Shown in pieces: positions 9,651 through 19,450 of a stretch of DNA of 45,984 nt (positions are counted from its first letter, which is position 1; each line of letters begins with the position of its first letter). The notes under the pieces were generated by a model that worked only from the letters and a program-made list of their open reading frames with translations, was not told the DNA's origin and did no database searches. This DNA is from an uncultured Thermodesulfobacteriota bacterium. GTDB lineage: Bacteria > Desulfobacterota > Anaeroferrophillalia > Anaeroferrophillales > Tharpellaceae. Both the position numbers and the translations under genes were made by a program. Location: NCBI GenBank assembly GCA_964623985.1, contig CAZUXG010000004.1, positions 1-45,984 of the forward strand, given 5' to 3'.

Positions 9651-10193
9651 CTATTTTTTCTGGTTGTTTTCGACCCAACTATTATAGGCCTTGATCAATT
9701 CATTAGAGATATCTTGGGTATCATCCGCATAGATGATGCCGCTGCGTTTTTCTAAAATGAGTTGGTATTTACCGGATTTACCAAATTCCATGGTTACCGT
9801 TTCCAGCTCTTTTAACATCTTCTTGAGAAAGTCGTCTTGCAGCGCTTTCATATCTTTTTCTGAATCGGAAACGAAGATCTTGAAATCGCGAACCATCTTT
9901 TGGTAAGCAGTTTCTTTTTCCTGGCGTTTTTCGGGGCTCAGCATCATCCCCTGGCGTTCAAGTTCATCTTTCATTATTGAAAGTTGGGCCTGTTTTTTCT
10001 GTAATTCGGTCCGCAGCTCTTCCTGTTTAGCCTGCATTTTAACTTTGGCGACTTCTCCCTGGCTGGAAAGGGCCATGACTTTCTGGAGGTCGATATAACC
10101 GAACTTGAACCCCGGATCTGCGGCCTGAACTGATGCGAGGCTCATAATCAACATGCTCGTGGCGATAGCTGTAATTAAAAAATACTTTTTCAT
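9651..10193 (-). CDS. skp: OmpH/Skp periplasmic chaperone
   Basis: Signal peptide, FGYIDLQKV, coiled coil, DISNELIK; follows bamA. Confidence 0.9.
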   Translation of the reverse strand: MKKYFLITAIATSMLIMSLASVQAADPGFKFGYIDLQKVMALSSQGEVAKVKMQAKQEELRTELQKKQAQLSIMKDELERQGMMLSPEKRQEKETAYQKMVRDFKIFVSDSEKDMKALQDDFLKKMLKELETVTMEFGKSGKYQLILEKRSGIIYADDTQDISNELIKAYNSWVENNQKK

Positions 10194-10273
10194 TTTTTAC
10201 TCCCTAGTTAATAAGTTAATAGTTTACGGATAATAGTGCAAATCTTTCACTCAAACAGGCGTATATCATATTT

Positions 10274-12601
10274 CTAAAAGAAAGTGCCGATTGAAAAATC
10301 CCAGACGCTGCTTTTTTCATCATCTTCCGGAGCTAAGTTAAAGCCCCACTCAATTCGTAAGGGACCCATCGGCGATTTCCAGCGAATCCCAAAACCGACG
10401 CTGTGGCGCAGATCAAAACTCAAATTTTCATCGTCATCAAAAGCTTTTCCTGCATCATAGAAAATGACGCCTTTAATTCCCATGTTTTTAATCAGGGGAA
10501 AGATCCATTCAGCACTTAATATAAACTCCTTAGTGCCACCGATGACATCGCCGTTTTCATCTTCCGGCCCGGCTTCGCCAAAGTCAAAACCGCGTACCGT
10601 TTTAAGGTCGCCGACGTAGAAGCGTTCATAAAGGGGGAGCTCCTGACCACCGTAACCGTCGGCATAGCCCAAACGTCCCCAGAGATGAAAGGCGCTGCTC
10701 CATTTGAAAGGGTAGAATTTATGCCCTTCAAGGATGACCTTGTAGAAATCATTGTCAAAACCTAAGGGGCCACCGGCAAAAACCACCGTGCCTTTGACTC
10801 TATAACCCCGGGTCGGGAAGAGGTAGTTATCGCGTTTGTCACGGATTAGTGATAAGTAGACCTGACTGGTGGTTGCGATTCCCTCTTCATCCCAAATATA
10901 GCTGGAGGCGGTTGACGTGATGTCGAAAATTTCGACCTTTTCCCAGCGGTAACCAGCCGACCAGCTGGTGTATTCGTCGATCGGCTTGCCAACCGAAACC
11001 CGGATTCCCTGTTGTAATGTATAATAGGCGTCATATTCATACTCTTCATTATAGATATTGATACCGGAACTCATGTTTGTGTCGAGGAAGTAGGGATCGG
11101 TCACACCGATATTGTAGAACTGGCGCGTGCCCGAAAGTTCAACGTTGAAAGTTGCATCAAGACCTTTACCCAGCCAGTTTTTCTGGGAGATACTGGTGAT
11201 CGCGATAATGCTGTCGACTGTGCTGTAGCCGAGTCCGACACTGAAGGCCCCGGTCGAACCTTCGACAACCTTAACGTTGACATCAATGGTTTCGTCATCG
11301 TTCTGGATGGTCTGGATATCAGCTTCCGAGAAAAACTGGGTGTTATTGAGCCTTTCGCGGCTTCGTTTGAGGGCTGATCCACTGAAAAGATCGCCTTCCG
11401 AAAAACGAAGTTCTCGGCGGATGACCTTGTCACGGGTTTTGGTGTTGCCGTTGATATTGATGCGGCCGAAAAGAAATTTGATTCCCCTGTTGATATGGTA
11501 AGCGACATCAATCTCAAGTTTTTCGGGGTTTATACTGGTGTGCGGGTCTATGTCAACGTAGGCGTGACCGCGGTCGGCAAAAAAGGTTGAAAGGGTTTCA
11601 ATGTCAGCTTGGAGGTTGAGATTGCTGAAGGTTTTACCGCTTTTCCCCTTGAGAATTTTGAGTAAACTATTGGTCAGCTCCGGTTTACTGTCAGGATCGA
11701 CCACTTCAACTTTTCCCATAGTAAAGATCTCGCCTTCTTCAATATCGAAGTCGAGATAGATCCATTTACGGTTATCGTCAAGAGTGATTTTAGGTTTACT
11801 GATCCGGGCTTGGACGTAGCCTTTACTCAAATAGAATGATTTGAGTAGTTTAGCATCATTTTCAAGCTGATCTTTTTTGAGGATGCCGGCATCGGTGATC
11901 CAACTGAGAAAAAAACTGTAGGTTTTGGTCTGTATTTTACGCCGTAAAGACCAGGATCGGAAGTTGTCATTACCATGAAAACGAAGTTTCTTGACGTAAC
12001 ATTTAGGTCCTTCGTCGATGATGAAAATGACCCGGACATGGTTTTTGCCGACTCGCGCTGTTTTTGTTTTAATACGAACCGAATAGAAGCCTTTCTCGTG
12101 GTAGAAGGCCTTCATTTTCTCAAGACTCTCCTTGAGGCGACCTTCATTAAGAATGTTAAAGGTATGTAAGGTGATTTCTTTGAGAAGTTCCTTGCGTTTT
12201 AATTTTTTATTACCTTTAATTACAATTGTATTGATGGTTGGTTTTTCGACGACAATAACTGCTATTTCAACCCGCTCTCCGACAGCTGCAAGGTTGATCA
12301 TCAGGTTGTCAAAAAAGCCTAAGCCGTAAAGATCCTTGAGATCCTGATCCAGAGTAGTTGTTGAGAGTTGACCGCCGACTTTGGTGTTCATTTTGTCGGT
12401 TATCGTATCTTTGGTTACCTTTTGGTTGCCGAGAACCACAATTTCGACAATCTGCCGTCCGGAGAAGTCCTCTTCTGCGGCACTTGCTGGAGGTGGGCTG
12501 CAAAAAAACGGGAGAACCATTAGAGTCCACAGGAGGACTCCCATTAGCAAAAGGTGGCAACGGTTTTGTTGAATAATGAAATAGTTTTTAATTTTGATCA
12601 T
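10274..12601 (-). CDS. bamA: Outer membrane protein assembly factor BamA (start approximate)
   Basis: POTRA repeats (GNxK, GNTKTRDKVIRRE), VRGF, GIRWKSPMGPLR, C-terminal Phe. Confidence 0.93.
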   Translation of the reverse strand: MIKIKNYFIIQQNRCHLLLMGVLLWTLMVLPFFCSPPPASAAEEDFSGRQIVEIVVLGNQKVTKDTITDKMNTKVGGQLSTTTLDQDLKDLYGLGFFDNLMINLAAVGERVEIAVIVVEKPTINTIVIKGNKKLKRKELLKEITLHTFNILNEGRLKESLEKMKAFYHEKGFYSVRIKTKTARVGKNHVRVIFIIDEGPKCYVKKLRFHGNDNFRSWSLRRKIQTKTYSFFLSWITDAGILKKDQLENDAKLLKSFYLSKGYVQARISKPKITLDDNRKWIYLDFDIEEGEIFTMGKVEVVDPDSKPELTNSLLKILKGKSGKTFSNLNLQADIETLSTFFADRGHAYVDIDPHTSINPEKLEIDVAYHINRGIKFLFGRININGNTKTRDKVIRRELRFSEGDLFSGSALKRSRERLNNTQFFSEADIQTIQNDDETIDVNVKVVEGSTGAFSVGLGYSTVDSIIAITSISQKNWLGKGLDATFNVELSGTRQFYNIGVTDPYFLDTNMSSGINIYNEEYEYDAYYTLQQGIRVSVGKPIDEYTSWSAGYRWEKVEIFDITSTASSYIWDEEGIATTSQVYLSLIRDKRDNYLFPTRGYRVKGTVVFAGGPLGFDNDFYKVILEGHKFYPFKWSSAFHLWGRLGYADGYGGQELPLYERFYVGDLKTVRGFDFGEAGPEDENGDVIGGTKEFILSAEWIFPLIKNMGIKGVIFYDAGKAFDDDENLSFDLRHSVGFGIRWKSPMGPLRIEWGFNLAPEDDEKSSVWDFSIGTFF

Positions 12602-12663
12602 AAAATTAAAGGTGTTTATTTTAATAAAGTATAATTTTGAAAAAAATTCACTTTTAACGGATT

Positions 12664-13332
12664 TTATAATTCCAGAATTAGGCCGTTTTCTATTAAAATG
12701 GTGCGATCCATTTGGGCCGCCAGACGTTGACTGTGAGTGACCAGCAGCAGGGTAGTGTTGAACTCCCGGTTGCATTCCAGGAGAAGATCGACAATTTCGT
12801 CGCTGGTTCTGGCATCGAGGTTTCCGGTTGGCTCGTCGGCCAAGACCGCTTTGGGTTGCATAATCAAGGCGCGGGCCAAGGCAACCCGTTGCTGCTCACC
12901 TCCCGAGAGTTCCCCTGGTTTATGGCGCAGGCGTTCTCCAAGTCCAACCTTTTGCAGGAGCAGGGCCGCCATCTCTTTAGCCTCAGGCATGGGGATGCCC
13001 TTGATCAGGGCGGGTGTCATGACGTTTTCCAGGGCACTGAATTCAGGTAATAAGTGGTGGAACTGAAAGACAAACCCAAGGCTTGTATTGCGCCATTTTG
13101 CGAGTTCTTGTTCGGAGTGGGAAAATATATCTACTCCGGAAAAACTGACGCTCCCACTACTTGGTTTATCAAGTGAACCAATAATCTGGAGAAGCGTACT
13201 TTTGCCGGCTCCTGATTCTCCGCAGATCGCGATGCGCTCTCCGGTCTCAATTGTAAAGTCAATCCCTTTTAAAACGGTTATCTCCCGTTTGTCGAGAAAA
13301 AAACTTTTTTTCAGGGCAATCGCCTTAATCAT
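12664..13332 (-). CDS. lolD: Lipoprotein-releasing ABC transporter ATPase
   Basis: GESGAGKST, FVFQFHHLLPEFSALENV, LSGGEQQRVA, ADEPTGNLD; ATG overlaps the upstream stop. Confidence 0.92.
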   Translation of the reverse strand: MIKAIALKKSFFLDKREITVLKGIDFTIETGERIAICGESGAGKSTLLQIIGSLDKPSSGSVSFSGVDIFSHSEQELAKWRNTSLGFVFQFHHLLPEFSALENVMTPALIKGIPMPEAKEMAALLLQKVGLGERLRHKPGELSGGEQQRVALARALIMQPKAVLADEPTGNLDARTSDEIVDLLLECNREFNTTLLLVTHSQRLAAQMDRTILIENGLILEL

Positions 13333-14507
13333 CTCTTTCCCTTTAATCCTTGTCGAGGTTGGGTTGAGAGATAGTTGATTTTTTTCTTGATCAGGTCTTG
13401 TTTCCGGGCTCTGAAGGAATTCAGAATTCGGGGTAAAAACCCGGGGAAATGGGCTGCCAGTCGATCTACTTCCCGACGTTTCAAACAGGCTACCCAACCC
13501 GTCGAAAGAGCTTTGACCGTAGCGCTGGCGGCGGCACCGGTTAATAGGGAAAACTCACCAAAAAAATCACCGGCATTGAGGTTGGTGATAGGGATTTGAT
13601 TTTTTATATCAGAGTCTTGGCAGCTGACTTGGAGGTTGCCGTCAAGGATGACATAAAGGTTCTGATTCCGTTCCCCCTCTTTAAGAAGAAGCTCTTGAGC
13701 TGAAAACTGGCGGACCTGGAAAACCTCGGCAATTCTGGAAAGCCAAGGGCGGTCGCGGTGGTCTCCAGATATGAAAAGAGGTCTTAAAGTATACTCAATA
13801 AGCCGCTTGTGGGCTGCTGCAAAAACGGTTTCCAATAGGGGTGGCCGGGTTTCAAGGAACCGTCTGAACTCCTCTTTGGCAACGATTAGCAGTTTGCCGG
13901 ATTCTCGAGCGATAATGGTCGCCGTGGCATTACGATTGGGCAAAAGCATGGTAAGTTCACCGAAGAAGTTACCTTTGCCCAAGGTTGCAAGCTCCAGGGC
14001 TTGGCCACGGGTTTCCTGGTGTATAACCTGAAAGCGACCCTCAGCAATTAAGTAGAGATTATGGTTCGCTTGGTTTTGGGTGATGATCGTTTCGTTTTTT
14101 TCAATTTTTCTTGTCGGGAGAATTTTTTCAAGTTCGCCGATTTCGGAAAGGGTTATATTATCGACAGGGGAAGTTTTTTCTTGTCGAGTTTCACCTTCTA
14201 CCGGGGTGTACAGCTGCCGGGCTTCCGCCCCCAGTCCCTGATGGTGGTAAAGACTGCTCAAAAAAACCAGAGCCAGAGGGTTGTGGTTGTCGTTTTTTAA
14301 AATCAGTTTGTAGATTGCCGCAGCCTTACCGAGTTCGCCTTTTAAAACCATCTCTGTGGCTATTGTAAAGTAGGTTTCAATGCCTTCACTTAGCTTTCCT
14401 TCACGTAGCTGGGTCCGGGCCAGGATGATTTGTAAGTGCAGACTTTTCTGTCTGGTCTTCGGGCTGCTGAAAGTGGTTGAGTTATCTTTTCGAGGGCCGT
14501 TGAGCAT
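13329..14507 (-). CDS. Protein with N-terminal TPR-like helices and two cyclic-nucleotide-binding domains
   Basis: Two copies of LYxIxxG...LxxGxFFGE..LL...ATAT/ASAT; N-terminal AAAIYKLILK..PLALVFLSSLY. Confidence 0.85.
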   Translation of the reverse strand: MLNGPRKDNSTTFSSPKTRQKSLHLQIILARTQLREGKLSEGIETYFTIATEMVLKGELGKAAAIYKLILKNDNHNPLALVFLSSLYHHQGLGAEARQLYTPVEGETRQEKTSPVDNITLSEIGELEKILPTRKIEKNETIITQNQANHNLYLIAEGRFQVIHQETRGQALELATLGKGNFFGELTMLLPNRNATATIIARESGKLLIVAKEEFRRFLETRPPLLETVFAAAHKRLIEYTLRPLFISGDHRDRPWLSRIAEVFQVRQFSAQELLLKEGERNQNLYVILDGNLQVSCQDSDIKNQIPITNLNAGDFFGEFSLLTGAAASATVKALSTGWVACLKRREVDRLAAHFPGFLPRILNSFRARKQDLIKKKINYLSTQPRQGLKGKR

Positions 14508-14516
14508 CTTGATTCC

Positions 14517-15749
14517 CTATTCGTAGCGCAAGGCTTCGGCCGGCAACAGACGGGAAGCGCGAAAAGATGGGTAGAGCGTTGCGATAAAGCAAAGCAGCAG
14601 GGATAGGGTTGCGGTTGCCGCCAGATGGAAAAACTGCAAGTCTACTGGTAGAGAGGTTTCAAAGTAGTAGACATCACCCGGGAGGGTGATGAAGTCGTAT
14701 TTTTTTAATATCTCGCAGAGAATCAGAGCGCCGGCGAGGCCGAGAATGGTTCCCGCAAAACCGATAATCATTCCCTCCCAAACGAAGATCCGCATTATGC
14801 GGAAGGCGGAGAGCCCCATGGTTTTGAGAATGGCGATCTCTTTATGTTTTTCCATGACGACCATGATCAGGGTGGAGATTATGTTGAAGGCGGCAACCAT
14901 GATAATCAATGCCAGGATAATAAACATGGTAATTCGTTCGAGCTTAAGGGCGGCAAAAAGATTGTGATTCATGCTGATCCAGTCCCGGGCCCAGTAGGGA
15001 TAAGATAACTTCTGACGAATCTTTTCGGCTATAGATCCGGCCTCATAGAGTTTTTCGATTTCGACAGCTATACCTGAGACTTGATTGGGCAGGGCGAAAA
15101 ATTTTTGAGCGGCTTCCAAGGTGGTATAGGCCAGTGCGGAGTCGTATTGGTACATTCCTGAAGTATAGGTGCCAATAACCGTAAAACGCTGCATTCTGGG
15201 TACCAGCCCCAAGGGGGTTGGTGAGCCGCTTGGGGCGATCAGGCGGAGACTGGAGCCCGTTTTGACGCCTATGCTTTTGGCCAGTTCACTGCCCAGAATA
15301 ATTTCCGGAGAGCTGTCTGGAGCCGTGTTCCGGGAAGCGAAAAAGTGTCCGTCAACCAGCATTCCTTCAAGCTTCTTGCGCAAGGGGTCGTGATTCTGAT
15401 CAATGCCTCGAATGCCGGCTCCGCTAACCTGGCGGCCGTGGGTCAGCATCGCCTGGCTAAGAATAAAGGGCGCTGCCTCTTTGACTTCACTAAGCTGGTT
15501 GATGGTCTTGGTCAGCTTTTCGTAATCGCTGATGGCGCCGCCATATTTCATGACCATAATATGGGCCGTATTGCCGAGAATCTTTTTCTTCAGTTCTTTT
15601 TCAAAACCGCTCATGACCGCAATGACCACAACTAAAGCCATGACCCCAAGGGCGATACCAAGTATAGAGATCAGGGAGATCAGAGAGATAAAGACCTGTT
15701 TGCGTCGTGCCAGCAGGTGGCGTAGAGCAATGAAAAGTTCAAACCGCAA
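14517..15749 (-). CDS. lolE: Lipoprotein-releasing ABC transporter permease LolC/E
   Basis: FISLISLISILGIALGV, VMSGFE, VAAFNIISTL, EIAILKTMG, PAEALRYE. Confidence 0.92.
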   Translation of the reverse strand: MRFELFIALRHLLARRKQVFISLISLISILGIALGVMALVVVIAVMSGFEKELKKKILGNTAHIMVMKYGGAISDYEKLTKTINQLSEVKEAAPFILSQAMLTHGRQVSGAGIRGIDQNHDPLRKKLEGMLVDGHFFASRNTAPDSSPEIILGSELAKSIGVKTGSSLRLIAPSGSPTPLGLVPRMQRFTVIGTYTSGMYQYDSALAYTTLEAAQKFFALPNQVSGIAVEIEKLYEAGSIAEKIRQKLSYPYWARDWISMNHNLFAALKLERITMFIILALIIMVAAFNIISTLIMVVMEKHKEIAILKTMGLSAFRIMRIFVWEGMIIGFAGTILGLAGALILCEILKKYDFITLPGDVYYFETSLPVDLQFFHLAATATLSLLLCFIATLYPSFRASRLLPAEALRYE

Positions 15750-15760
15750 ATTGGCAGCCT

Positions 15761-17254
15761 CTACTGTTCCGGTTTAAGGAGTGGGAAGAGGATGACGTCG
15801 CGGATCGATGCGGCATCGGTAAAGAGCATCACCAGTCTGTCGATTCCGATGCCTTCGCCGGCAGTTGGTGGCAGACCGTATTCCAAGGCCCGCAGGTAAT
15901 CGGCATCGAACTGGTGGGCTTCCTGATCGCCGGCGTCTTTCTCTTTAAGTTGTTGTTCAAAACGCTCCCTTTGGTCTAAGGGGTCATTAAGTTCGGAAAA
16001 AGCGTTGGCCATCTCGCGCCCGGCGATAAAAAGCTCAAAACGGTCGGTCACCTCCGGATTAGAGTCATTTCTTCGTGAGAGAGGTGAGATAGCAACTGGA
16101 TAATCGGTAATAAAAGTAGGTTGGATAAGTTGAGCTTCGACTTTTTCATCAAACAGTTTCATTAGACATTTGGCATGACACTCCCGTTCCTGAGGGGTTA
16201 TTTCAAGGCCGAGTTCCTCGATTGTTTCCAGTATGGTTTCTCGGGTTTGGAGTCGTTTGGCACCGATTCCGGTATATTTTTCAATCGCTTCAATGACCGT
16301 CAAATGATCCCAGGGTGGAGTGAAGTTTATCTCTTGATCCTGATAAATGAGAGTGTCATGGTTGTTCAAAATCCGACAGATGGTGACGAAAAGTTCTTCG
16401 GTTATGCTCATCAGATCGAGGTAAGTAGCATAAGCTTGATAGAACTCGATCATGGTAAATTCAGGGTTATGTTTTATCGAGATACCTTCATTGCGGAAAT
16501 TGCGGTTGATTTCGAAAACTCTTTCAAAACCGCCGATCACCAATCTTTTGAGATATAATTCAGGTGCTATACGAAGGTTTAAGTCGAGGTTTAATGCATT
16601 ATGGTGAGTGGTAAAGGGACGGGCGGTAGCACCTCCGGCAACGGTCTGCATCATCGGCGTTTCAACCTCAAGGAAATCTTTTTCTTTAAAGAAGTTCCTG
16701 ATTATATCGATGATTTGCGTTCTTTTGATGAAGGTTTCTCGGACCTCCTGATTGACAATCAGGTCGACATATCGTTGCCGGTAGCGGGTTTCGATATCTT
16801 TTAAGCCGTGCCATTTCTCCGGCAGGGGGCGTAGAGCTTTGGTCAGGATCTGAATGTTGGCAACCTGAATTGTGACTTCGCCGGTTCGGGTTTTGAAAAT
16901 GGTTCCCCTGACACCAATCGTATCACCGATGTCAAAGAGCTTGAAAATTTTAAAATTTTCCTCGCCAATCAGATCTTTACGGATATAGGCCTGAACTTTA
17001 CCGCTGCGATCTTGCAGGTGGGCAAAAGCGGCTTTGCCGAAGAGTCGTAGAGAGACTATGCGACCGGCAACAGTCACTGGCGGGGCACTATCTTCAAGGG
17101 TCTTGGCTTCCAGAGTGCTGTATTCTTTAAGGATGGCTTCGGCAGTGGTTGAAGGCTTGAAATTATTGGCAAAAGGGTTGACACCTAATTCCTTGAGCTG
17201 TTCAAGTTTGTTGATGCGTTGTTGGCGTAAGCTGTTTTCGCTATCTTGGTTCAT
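15761..17254 (-). CDS. lysS: Lysyl-tRNA synthetase, class II
   Basis: PLPEKWHGL, RYRQRY, LRIAPELYLKRL, FRNEG, PPTAGEGIGIDRL. Confidence 0.97.
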   Translation of the reverse strand: MNQDSENSLRQQRINKLEQLKELGVNPFANNFKPSTTAEAILKEYSTLEAKTLEDSAPPVTVAGRIVSLRLFGKAAFAHLQDRSGKVQAYIRKDLIGEENFKIFKLFDIGDTIGVRGTIFKTRTGEVTIQVANIQILTKALRPLPEKWHGLKDIETRYRQRYVDLIVNQEVRETFIKRTQIIDIIRNFFKEKDFLEVETPMMQTVAGGATARPFTTHHNALNLDLNLRIAPELYLKRLVIGGFERVFEINRNFRNEGISIKHNPEFTMIEFYQAYATYLDLMSITEELFVTICRILNNHDTLIYQDQEINFTPPWDHLTVIEAIEKYTGIGAKRLQTRETILETIEELGLEITPQERECHAKCLMKLFDEKVEAQLIQPTFITDYPVAISPLSRRNDSNPEVTDRFELFIAGREMANAFSELNDPLDQRERFEQQLKEKDAGDQEAHQFDADYLRALEYGLPPTAGEGIGIDRLVMLFTDAASIRDVILFPLLKPEQ

Positions 17255-17283
17255 ATTTGATATATACCCGAAATTTATTGAAC

Positions 17284-17307
17284 AGTTCAAAGTTTGAAGT
17301 TCAAAGT
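17284..17307. repeat. Heptamer tandem repeat (AGTTCAA)n upstream of lysS
   Basis: agttcaa agtttga agttcaa agt. Confidence 0.6.
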
Positions 17308-17446
17308 GGCTGACTGATTATGGCCTTGTTCTTCTTGGTTGTTTGCGGTCACTGCAGGAACAATAATTTTGAATTAGAAAGCCTGTTTGGCTTTGCTGTG
17401 TTAAGCGGTGGGGAAATAAGTCGTCGACCCACAAAACCTGATTACA

Positions 17447-18211
17447 TTATTTACGGGGTTCGGTAAGGAGGCTCAGTTCTTTACTGGCGCGTTCCGCGAA
17501 ACTTCCGCTGGGCTGTAGTTTGATTACTTGTTTGAAAGCCTCTATCGCTTGGGGTGTTTTTTGCAATGCTTTTTCGATTTTTCCGATTTGCAACCAGACA
17601 CCTGGATGTCCAGGGGATATTTGCCGGGCTTTTTCCGCTTCTTTTGCAGCAAGCTCGAATTTACTTAAGCTGCAATAGAGTGAGCTGAGTTCGTAATGTG
17701 ATGGGAAATAGTCCGAGTTGATCTCTGTAGCCTTATGGTAGCAGCCCAGCGCTTGCTTATTTTTACCTTGCAGGCGGTAGAGATTTCCGAGATTGTGGTA
17801 TGCCTTTTCCGGAGTTTGGTAGAACCTGTTGTTGCAGGCTTCGATGAATTCCGTCTCGGCCTCCATGAAACGTTTTTGTTGCATAAAGATGCTGCCCAGA
17901 GTGTTGTGGGCTTCGGCATACTCGGGGTCGATGGCGAGGGCGGCATTAAGGGCTGAAGTTGCTTTTTCCGGTTTTTTTTCAATCAAAGCAACCATACCCT
18001 CAAGGTAGAGTGTTCGTTGGTCCGCGATCCCGGCCTCGTTTATTTTTTGCAAACCATTTTTTACCAAGCTGTAGTTCTGGGCTTCGAATGCAATCAACAG
18101 GTTTTCATAAAATTGATCAGCTAGCTGGCGTTGGTCGGGGGGTGAGGTGTGGCTACAGCCCAAGCAACAGAGTAGATAGGTGAGAAATACCAAGGCTCTT
18201 CTCACTCTCAT
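17447..18211 (-). CDS. TPR lipoprotein, PilF/PilW/Tgl-like type IV pilus secretin pilotin
   Basis: Lipobox LGC; TPRs including AEAHNTLG and YQTPEKAYHNLG. Confidence 0.75.
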   Translation of the reverse strand: MRVRRALVFLTYLLCCLGCSHTSPPDQRQLADQFYENLLIAFEAQNYSLVKNGLQKINEAGIADQRTLYLEGMVALIEKKPEKATSALNAALAIDPEYAEAHNTLGSIFMQQKRFMEAETEFIEACNNRFYQTPEKAYHNLGNLYRLQGKNKQALGCYHKATEINSDYFPSHYELSSLYCSLSKFELAAKEAEKARQISPGHPGVWLQIGKIEKALQKTPQAIEAFKQVIKLQPSGSFAERASKELSLLTEPRK

Positions 18212-18399
18212 CTGGTGGTTTCGATAAAAGCCTTTATATTTCATGATGATTTTCTGCATCAAATAAAAAAAAGATAAGCTCTCATATTTACTCTTGAGAG
18301 TTCGTTGAGGGCTGTTCCTGAATGGTGTTAAAAATTGTGACTGCACTTATTTATAGTGAGCTGCAGGCCTTTGTGGAACCGGTACTTTCCTGGTAAGTA

Positions 18400-19083
18400 T
18401 TATGATTTTACCTGGTTTTGCAAGCTTAATAAGCGCTCTTCAGCCCAGGGTTTAAAAAAAGAGTTCTGGAGCAACTGGATCATGTTTTCGTAGGTCGCTA
18501 CAGCTTTTTCCAGTTGCTCGCTTTTTTCATAGCTGAGGCCTAAAAGGATGTAGAGATCTTCGTTGATAAAGCTTCGTTCGGTCTGCATTCGTTCAAGAAT
18601 TGAAATGGTGTCAGCATACTTCTTCTGCTTAAAATAGATGGTAGCCAGCCCTAAACGTTGGAGATCTTTAAGGTACCGATCTGCAACCTTATCGTTGTTC
18701 TGGTAGAGCTCGGCGGCTTCGCTTAAATTACCGACTCGGTACTTTTGGTTGGCACTTAGGTAGCTGGCAACCGGTCTCGCAATTGTATTCTTGTATGATG
18801 TGAGGATCGTGTCCAGTTGTTGGTTGGTACCAGTATCCGGTTGGCTAGACTGATTTCCAAGATTATTCAGGGCTTGGTTTAGTAATTGTTGGGCCGTGTG
18901 ATTGCGATCATTGGTATACCAGTAGGCACCGATTGCTGTGGCGGCTACAGTGACTATGATTACTGCGACAATTGAAATCAGTCTCAGGTGTTTTTTAACA
19001 TAGTTAACAACTGAGTAGGTGGTTTTGATGAAGGCATCGGGTTCACGTAACTCACGGCGTACTGATATTTTTCCTTTGGACAT
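18400..19083 (-). CDS. YfgM-like membrane-anchored TPR protein
   Basis: RRELREPDAF N-terminus, one TM helix, C-terminal TPRs. Confidence 0.75.
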   Translation of the reverse strand: MSKGKISVRRELREPDAFIKTTYSVVNYVKKHLRLISIVAVIIVTVAATAIGAYWYTNDRNHTAQQLLNQALNNLGNQSSQPDTGTNQQLDTILTSYKNTIARPVASYLSANQKYRVGNLSEAAELYQNNDKVADRYLKDLQRLGLATIYFKQKKYADTISILERMQTERSFINEDLYILLGLSYEKSEQLEKAVATYENMIQLLQNSFFKPWAEERLLSLQNQVKS

Positions 19084-19328
19084 TTGCGTATTCTTCCTTA
19101 AAATTTCCGACGCGGTTTTTAAGCTTTAGAAAAGTTAAAGTAGGGTTCATTAAACCTTCTTCAATTATGAAAAAACTTTAATAAAGTCCTGAAAAAGCTG
19201 ATTTTTTTCAAAGCTTTGCTCCTTTAACACAGGAAGATAAATGAATCAATGAAAATCGCTTTGATTGACGGTTGCTTATTGGGGGCATGGAGTTTTATAA
19301 ACCGTTAGTCAAAAAAACTAAAGCCATT

Positions 19329-19369
19329 AAAAAAAGCCCAACATTTAATGTAAAATGTTGGGCTTTTTT
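19329..19369. terminator. Rho-independent terminator downstream of the 19451..19981 gene
   Basis: aaaaaagcccaacattt / aaatgttgggctttttt. Confidence 0.8.
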
Positions 19370-19450
19370 GAGTTGTCAAGATTTTGGTTATGGTTTTTTA
19401 AATACCCAGCTGGCAACGGCAATAATAATAAACCCAGCTTTTAACCGTAT

